Source: Gemmatimonadaceae bacterium | GTDB taxonomy: Bacteria > Gemmatimonadota > Gemmatimonadetes > Gemmatimonadales > Gemmatimonadaceae | Assembly (NCBI GenBank): GCA_051859245.1 | Contig: JBHYGA010000004.1 | Span: 64,001 to 128,000, forward strand | DNA length: 64,000 bases | Reading direction: 5' to 3' | Part shown: positions 58,144 through 64,000 of the stretch, one piece after another | Layout: every line of letters begins with the position of its first letter | Numbering within the stretch: position 1 is the first letter of the stretch | Made by a program: the position numbers and the translations under genes | Notes under the pieces: model-generated | What the model was told of the DNA's origin: nothing | Database searches by the model: none | Seen by the model: only the letters and a program-made list of their open reading frames with translations

Positions 58144-59591
58144 TCATCTCACTCTCGCTGCTCGGCTTCACACTGTTGCTCGCACTCGGCCTCTGCGTCA
58201 GCAAAGCGCGCAACATGTCGCTCGAACAGTGGAGTGTAGGCGGACGCGGCTTTGGCACGATGCTCGTGTTCCTGCTGCTCGCCGGCGAGATCTACACCAC
58301 GTTCACGTTTCTCGGCGGCAGCGGCTGGGCATACGGAAAAGGTGCGCCCGCGTTTTACATCATTGCGTATGGTTCCATTGCGTACATCATGTCGTACTGG
58401 CTGCTGCCGGCCATCTGGCGACGCGCGACCGAATGGCGCGTCGTCTCGCAAGCCGAGTTCTTTGCCAAAGCCTACAACTCACGCGCTCTCGGCAATGTCG
58501 TGGCGATTGTCAGCGTGATTGCCCTGATTCCCTATCTCGTCCTGCAACTCAAGGGACTCGGCATCATTGTTTCCGAGTCGTCGTACGGTGCAATCAGCAC
58601 CACAATGGCCATCTGGATTGGTACCGCCGCGGTGGTCACGTACGTGGTACTCGCCGGCATTCACGGCTCCGCCATGACCGCCGCCATCAAAGACGTGCTC
58701 GTGCTCGTTGTGGTCGTAGGACTTGGCATTGCACTGCCTGTGTCGTTGCACGGCGGAATCGGCCCGATGTTTGAACAGATCGCGCGCGAACGTCCTGAGT
58801 TTCTCACGCTGCCGGCGCAGGGGCTGTCACCAACCTGGTTCATGAGCACAGTGCTGCTCACCGTGTGCGGATTCTACATGTGGCCGCATACGTTTGGCTC
58901 AGTTTTTTCGGCAAAAGACGCGCGTGTTTTCAAGCGCAATGCGGCGCTGATGCCGCTGTATCAACTCATCTTGCTGTTTGTGTTTTTCGTGGGTTTTGCC
59001 GCACTGCTGAGTGTGCCGGGTCTGGAAGGGAGCGACGCCGATCTGGCGCTACTTCGCATCACACGCGAGACCTACGGACCGTTTGTCGTGGGCATCGTAG
59101 GCTCCGCAGGCTTGCTCACTGCGCTTGTCCCTGGATCCATGATTCTCATGGCCACGGCCACACTGCTGGCACGCATGCTGCGGCCTACCGTGAACGGCGC
59201 CGGCGGCGCATCCATCACATTTGCGCGCCTGCTCGTACCGGTCGTGGCGGCAGTTGCCTTGTTCTTCACGTTTCGTGGCGGCGACACACTGGTCACGTTG
59301 CTGCTGATGGGCTACGCACTCGTCACGCAGCTGTTTCCGGCGCTGATCTCCGCGTTGTGGCCGAAAGCGCGCGTCACCGCAGCGGGCGCGATCAGCGGAA
59401 TACTTGTGGGCGTGGCCGTGGTTGGCATTGTAACGCTATCGGGTACCACCGTGGCAACACTGCTGCCGAGTTGGCCTGTGTATGTGACTGACCTGAACAT
59501 CGGCGCCTTGGCGCTGCTGCTCAACATCGTCACCATGTTTGTGGTCAGTCGCGTTGCGGGGCGGCGCGTACTCGCCGCGCAGCCCGCGTAA
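58140..59591 (+). CDS. Sodium:solute symporter family protein
   Basis: W.VGGRGFG, GEIYTTFTFLGGSGWAY, GFYMWPH; about 13 TM segments. Confidence 0.93.
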   Translation: MIISLSLLGFTLLLALGLCVSKARNMSLEQWSVGGRGFGTMLVFLLLAGEIYTTFTFLGGSGWAYGKGAPAFYIIAYGSIAYIMSYWLLPAIWRRATEWRVVSQAEFFAKAYNSRALGNVVAIVSVIALIPYLVLQLKGLGIIVSESSYGAISTTMAIWIGTAAVVTYVVLAGIHGSAMTAAIKDVLVLVVVVGLGIALPVSLHGGIGPMFEQIARERPEFLTLPAQGLSPTWFMSTVLLTVCGFYMWPHTFGSVFSAKDARVFKRNAALMPLYQLILLFVFFVGFAALLSVPGLEGSDADLALLRITRETYGPFVVGIVGSAGLLTALVPGSMILMATATLLARMLRPTVNGAGGASITFARLLVPVVAAVALFFTFRGGDTLVTLLLMGYALVTQLFPALISALWPKARVTAAGAISGILVGVAVVGIVTLSGTTVATLLPSWPVYVTDLNIGALALLLNIVTMFVVSRVAGRRVLAAQPA

Positions 59592-60209
59592 CTAGAAAAT
59601 TCGTTCCGCTTCTTCCGCGCGAAACAACACCGCATCACGCTCGAGCAACGCGCGGCTGCCTTCGTCGAGTGGTTCACGGCGATTGGACGGCGCACCAACG
59701 TCTACGAACAGCGTTTTGAGCGCCGCCCGCTGCGCTTCGTCGTACGAGAGCGCTTGCGGCGTCACAGCCAGCGCGCGCAGCCACGCACCCACGATCGGAT
59801 GTGCCAACACACTGCTGCGTCCTTCCGCCGTGGACTCAGCGACCGCACGTGCCAGCTCAGCGAGACACTGACTCACGGCAACAAGCGCCTTACGCTCCAC
59901 TTCGTTGGCCGGTTCGCCAGCCAACAGTGCCCGCGCTGCCTGCGCGCGGGCGCGCAGCAGACTCATGTCGTCAAAGAAGCGCAGCAGTTCATTCACACGG
60001 CGCACAGACGCGCGTTGCGCCACGCGCTGCTGCATCAACCGGAAACCCAGAAAGCCAACCGTAAGCAGTGATGCGATCAACAGCGCCCGCGTGGCGCCCT
60101 GAATTGCGCCCGTGGCCATGCCCTGCATAAGCGGCAGCACCACGCTGATGGTCGCGCTGAGCAACAGCAGGCGATAAAGCGGGCGCGACTTTCGTTGTGT
60201 GATGGCCAT
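59592..60209 (-). CDS. Hypothetical membrane protein
   Basis: Two N-terminal hydrophobic segments followed by a helical domain; fills the gap downstream of the kinase. Confidence 0.65.
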   Translation of the reverse strand: MAITQRKSRPLYRLLLLSATISVVLPLMQGMATGAIQGATRALLIASLLTVGFLGFRLMQQRVAQRASVRRVNELLRFFDDMSLLRARAQAARALLAGEPANEVERKALVAVSQCLAELARAVAESTAEGRSSVLAHPIVGAWLRALAVTPQALSYDEAQRAALKTLFVDVGAPSNRREPLDEGSRALLERDAVLFRAEEAERIF

Positions 60210-60315
60210 GACGAGGCGGGACGAGATAGAGGCCCGCCGAAGCGCGGGCTTTCCGGAAGGACGACCCAGCGGTGTGGCGCGGAACAGCAGCGCATCACGC
60301 GACCGGCCCGCTTCG

Positions 60316-63060
60316 TTACGGAATCAGTCTCGCGACGTCCGCATCAGCGCGGATCGGGGAAAAGTCTCGTACCGTTTCGCTCGGAAACCATGGCCAGCGC
60401 GTGTACCCCTCGCGCTGCGCTTGCTCCAGCAGGGATGCGGCACGCGCCGATTCGCCGCGAACGGCCGCCATACGCGCGAGGAACGTGGTGTATTCTCCGC
60501 GCGCATATCTCGGCGGGGCCCCGAGCGCTCGCTGCGCTTCCGCGTGGCGATTCAGTCGCGTGAGCACAACGGCGTGCCAGCCACGGTAGCGCAAACGATC
60601 GGGAAAGAGCGTAACCAGCTCACGATAGATGCGCTCCGCTTCACGATCATTGCCCAGTTGGTACTCCGCGTTGCCAAGCCACGCCAGCACGCCACGGTCT
60701 TCCGGTTCGAGTGCCTGACGTTCACGCAGCCATCGCACCGCTTTGCTAAAGTATGCGTTAGCCCGCGCCGTATCCTGCTTCTCCAATCGCGCTTCTCCGG
60801 CCACCACGAGTGCCGCGCCGTACGACCAGTACACATCGGCTGGCAATCGGGAGAGTGAATCGAGCAGCAAATCGACCTGCGCAAGTTTTCCACCGGCAAC
60901 AAGGGCGCGTACGGCAAAGATTTCGGCCGCTCGGTTCTGCGGATAGCGTCGACGCATCTGCGTGGCGGCGACGAACTCGGCATCATGCTGGCCAAGCAGG
61001 TGATGCGCGTGCGCAATTTGCGTCCAGTACGACGACCAGCCGCGCATGAGTCCGCGATCCGGATCAACCCCTTCCAGGGCCGCGAGTGCTTCTTTCGGCC
61101 GATTCATGGCCAGTGCGTGATGCGCCACGCTGTATTCAGCGCGCAATCCGGGCGAAATCGAAGCCGCTGTTCGAATGGCCTGCAGCGCGCGCTCACCATC
61201 ACTCTGCAGCAGCGCACTGAGATGTGTGGTCATGGCGTCGGCGTACGGCGTGAGTCGTGTTCGCCGTGCTTGCAGCATACTCACGAGCGTATCCGTCCAT
61301 TCGAGTTCGCCGGTATTCCAATGTCCCATCGCGGCAAAAATGAGCGGCGCCAGAAACGTCGTGTCGCGTGCGTACGCTGCACGTAACTCGGTTGCGGCTG
61401 CGCTGTACTGCTGGCCAGTGTACAGCTCAAGGCCACGATCGAACGAGCGATACGCTTCGTACGTTGGTGGGACCTGCCCGATCGCTGATGGCGCAAGCAC
61501 ACGATCGTCGAGCTGCAAGGCCACAAAACCTTGCAATCGATCGCGCATCATTCGCATGAGCAACGAAAGCGAATCGCGATGTGCTTCGAGTGCGGGAAGC
61601 GCACCAAGGCTGCGGCGCTGTCGTGCGTCATTCACCGCCAGCTGCACACGAATTGAGTCGCCCACCAGATAGTAACTGCCACTCACGACCGTTGCAGCCG
61701 CTGCTTCACGCGCCAGCGCGGTGACGACATCAAATGATACGGCGTCATCAGATTGCTCGGCGGCTGAACGCACGCTCGCCCACGGTACCACGGTCACCGC
61801 ACCGGTCTCTTCCAGCCCTTGCGTGAGCCAATCGCTGGCCAATCGCCCCCACACGGTGAGTGTGGAGTCGCCCGTTTCATTCTGCAGTGGCGCGACAGCC
61901 ACCGGCATGGGCAATCGCTCATTGCTCACTACAGGCACATCGCGCGATTGCCACCACGCCGACGCGCCCGCACCGATCAGCGCCAATGTACCAACCGCAA
62001 ACAGCACGCGCGAGCGTGAACGCGGCGGCACCTGCACCTGCGTGACCGCGTGCGATGCGCCACTCATCGCGTCGAGTGCGGATACAATCTCCCGCGCCGA
62101 TGACGGTCGATCCGCCGCGTCAATCGACAGACATCGGTTGATCAGATCTGCCAGCGTGACCGGAACCGTGCGTTCATCGAGTGCACCGCGCTCCGCGATG
62201 CCCGCGAGTGTTTCTGTCGCGACGAGTCCCCACGCATACACATCGGAGCGTTCGTCAACGCGTTGACCCGACGCCTGCTCCGGCGACATATACCCGGGCG
62301 TGCCAATCGCGTGACCCGCGTCTGTTTCGTGACGAAGGCGCGCACCACCCTGAGATGCCGCGCGCTTGGCCACACCAAAGTCGAGCAGATACGCATGCCC
62401 GCCCGCACAAAGAATATTGTCGGGCTTGAGATCGCGATGAATCACGCCGCGGCTGTGCGAGTGCGCGAGCGCATCCGCTACATCGCGCAACAGTGGAATC
62501 CCCTCACTCATCGGCAATGCGCCGCGCGCGTGCAACCGCTCGCGCAGCGTCTCGCCGTCGATGTGTGGCATCACGTAGTACAGCAGTCCGTCCGCATCGC
62601 CGGAATCAATCAGCGCGAGAATATGCGGATGTGACAGTCGCGCCGCGATGCGCACTTCCTCGTGGAAGCGACGCGCGCCAAACGCACGTGCAACCACCGG
62701 GTCGAGCACCTTGATCACAACGTTGCGATCGTGCTTGAGTTCACGCGCCAGAAACACCGTCGCCATGCCGCCGCGACCGAGTGTTCGTGAGATCACGTAG
62801 CGGTCATGCAGCGCCGGCCGCAGACGCTCAAGCAATGTGTCGCCCTGCGGCACGGGTTGTGCCACCTGTTTGTCCAGCACACCGAAGGGTTCATCGTGCG
62901 CCGCGAGCATGCGCAGCAAATCATCACGCAACGATTGATCATGCGACGTACGTTCGGTCACCCACGCGGACCGCTCGACCGGATCGAGATCAATCGCGTG
63001 ATCAAACAGGTCAGCGAGCTGGCGCCAACGATTCGGCGCGTCGCCGTCTTGCGCAGCCAC
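60316..63060 (-). CDS. Hanks-type Ser/Thr protein kinase with TM, TolB-N/FlgO-like and TPR extracytoplasmic domains
   Basis: LGRGGMATVF, VVIK, HRDLKPDN, DFG, GTPGYMSPEQ; TM; VAVAPLQNETGD; TPRs. GTG start 2 nt after the sigma stop. Confidence 0.93.
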   Translation of the reverse strand: MAAQDGDAPNRWRQLADLFDHAIDLDPVERSAWVTERTSHDQSLRDDLLRMLAAHDEPFGVLDKQVAQPVPQGDTLLERLRPALHDRYVISRTLGRGGMATVFLARELKHDRNVVIKVLDPVVARAFGARRFHEEVRIAARLSHPHILALIDSGDADGLLYYVMPHIDGETLRERLHARGALPMSEGIPLLRDVADALAHSHSRGVIHRDLKPDNILCAGGHAYLLDFGVAKRAASQGGARLRHETDAGHAIGTPGYMSPEQASGQRVDERSDVYAWGLVATETLAGIAERGALDERTVPVTLADLINRCLSIDAADRPSSAREIVSALDAMSGASHAVTQVQVPPRSRSRVLFAVGTLALIGAGASAWWQSRDVPVVSNERLPMPVAVAPLQNETGDSTLTVWGRLASDWLTQGLEETGAVTVVPWASVRSAAEQSDDAVSFDVVTALAREAAAATVVSGSYYLVGDSIRVQLAVNDARQRRSLGALPALEAHRDSLSLLMRMMRDRLQGFVALQLDDRVLAPSAIGQVPPTYEAYRSFDRGLELYTGQQYSAAATELRAAYARDTTFLAPLIFAAMGHWNTGELEWTDTLVSMLQARRTRLTPYADAMTTHLSALLQSDGERALQAIRTAASISPGLRAEYSVAHHALAMNRPKEALAALEGVDPDRGLMRGWSSYWTQIAHAHHLLGQHDAEFVAATQMRRRYPQNRAAEIFAVRALVAGGKLAQVDLLLDSLSRLPADVYWSYGAALVVAGEARLEKQDTARANAYFSKAVRWLRERQALEPEDRGVLAWLGNAEYQLGNDREAERIYRELVTLFPDRLRYRGWHAVVLTRLNRHAEAQRALGAPPRYARGEYTTFLARMAAVRGESARAASLLEQAQREGYTRWPWFPSETVRDFSPIRADADVARLIP

Positions 63061-63062
63061 GG

Positions 63063-63665
63063 TCAGCCGCCTTCGCGCCCGTGTTCGGTCGCGTTTCCTG
63101 CCGTGAGCGAGGCGTGCAACCACGCACGCGCTTTCGCCCAGTCGCGCTGCACTGTACGCGTTGTCACGTTGAGCGCCTGCGCGATCTCTTCTTCCGTGCA
63201 GCCGGCAAAGAATCGCAGCTCCACCACCTGACGCAGACGCTCATCCTGCGCACCGAGGAGCGTGAGTGCGTCATCAAGCGCAATCAGTTCATCCGGCGAC
63301 ACTGCAGGCTCTCCATCGGGAACAGTCAGGAACGGTTCAGCCTTGTGCGCCGTGCGTCGACGTCGAGCATTGTCAACGAGGACCTGTCGCATGGCACGGG
63401 CCGCGATCGCCAGAAAGTGCGCGCGGTTGGCGCTCTCGGGCGCTGATCGTGCAAACAGCTTGAGGTACGCTTCATGCACGAGCGCGGTTGGCTGCAACGT
63501 GTGACCAGGCGCTTCGCGACCGAGCAAACGATTGGCAATCTGTCGCAGCTCGTCGTACACGAGCGGGTACAGTTCTTCGCGCGCGTGATGATCTCCCTGC
63601 CGTACTCGGTCAAGGAGAAGCGTGACGTGACCGCTGGCCGCAGATTCGTCGGGGAGTGACGGCAT
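63063..63665 (-). CDS. ECF sigma factor, TIGR02999/ECF43 type
   Basis: VYDELRQIA, HTLQPTALVHEAY, HFLAIAARAMRQVLVD.AR, VELRFFAG, TVQRDWAKARAWL. Confidence 0.93.
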   Translation of the reverse strand: MPSLPDESAASGHVTLLLDRVRQGDHHAREELYPLVYDELRQIANRLLGREAPGHTLQPTALVHEAYLKLFARSAPESANRAHFLAIAARAMRQVLVDNARRRRTAHKAEPFLTVPDGEPAVSPDELIALDDALTLLGAQDERLRQVVELRFFAGCTEEEIAQALNVTTRTVQRDWAKARAWLHASLTAGNATEHGREGG

Positions 63666-63708
63666 GGCATCGGGGGCGACGTGTCTGAACCGTTCAGTCG
63701 GGGCGACA

Positions 63709-63735
63709 TGTCGGGATTTCCGGACACGAACCGCA
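63709..63735 (+). promoter_or_regulatory. Candidate ECF promoter TGTCG-N18-CGCA
   Basis: tgtcg ggatttccggacacgaac cgca in the divergent region next to the sigma gene; TGTCG is half of the palindrome CGACATGTCG. Confidence 0.6.
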
Positions 63736-63769
63736 ATATATGTAGTTCACCCGAGCCCACACCACCTCC

Positions 63770-64000
63770 ATGTTCACCAGCATCTGCCGTCCTGATCAAT
63801 CCAGCCGACTGGTACGATATATGCTGTGTAGCGTGGTGGCGATCGCGCCGGGTTCCGTGTCCGACGTCATGCCACTGTATCGTGATCTTGGCGATCATCG
63901 GTACGTCATCACCACGGCGAATCCACTGGCGCAGCGCTATTTCGATCAGGGCATGCGACTCGCCTGGGCGCTCGAGCGCGTGGAGGCGCGGCGCTCCTTC
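63770..64000 (+). CDS. TPR-repeat protein, 5' part only (paralog of 29726-31318; runs off the window)
   Basis: Hand translation (absent from the ORF track): MFTSICRPDQSSRLVRYMLCSVVAIAPGSVSDVMPLYRDLGDHRYVITTANPLAQRYFDQGMRLAWALERVEARRSF, which aligns with VPLYNNLGDHEYAISTSTPLAQKYFNQGLRLYYAFNHAEAIRAF. Confidence 0.85.
   Translation, partial: MFTSICRPDQSSRLVRYMLCSVVAIAPGSVSDVMPLYRDLGDHRYVITTANPLAQRYFDQGMRLAWALERVEARRSF

Noticed and set aside
1..64000. CRISPR array, rRNA, tRNA, IS/transposase, integrase, phage or anti-phage defence genes
   Set aside because: No repeat-spacer periodicity, cloverleaf/T-loop motifs or recognisable catalytic motifs found by eye; tRNAscan, Infernal and DefenseFinder would be needed to exclude them fully.

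Overview
High-GC bacterial chromosomal segment with about 50 densely packed genes and no rRNA, tRNA, CRISPR array, transposase or phage genes that I can see. The gene repertoire (Oar-like TonB receptor, 6-bladed propeller lipoproteins, long NagB, DUF885, Tat-signalled TldD, ECF-kinase pair) suggests Gemmatimonadota, which is an inference. It is dominated by exported peptidases (PepE, TldD/E, three S9, tricorn S41, DUF885, M20 plus a Na+ symporter) and three ECF sigma systems. Best leads: (1) two copies of a ~170-bp palindromic element between convergent genes, with compensatory stem changes and a core inverted relative to its flanks; (2) an ECF43-type sigma/Ser-Thr kinase pair and a TGTCG-N18-CGCA motif found before three genes, two of them paralogous TPR proteins 34 kb apart; (3) a SigK/RskA-type locus with three matching promoters; (4) enrichment of the Bacteroidota-type O-glycosylation sequon D-[ST]-[AILVMT] in exported domains, in a window that also encodes a DUF2723/TMEM260-like GT-C glycosyltransferase; (5) an outer-membrane barrel fused to an LTxxQ (Spy/CpxP-like) domain. 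Family names are recognised by eye from motifs, not from database searches. Start codons are my choices within the supplied ORFs.
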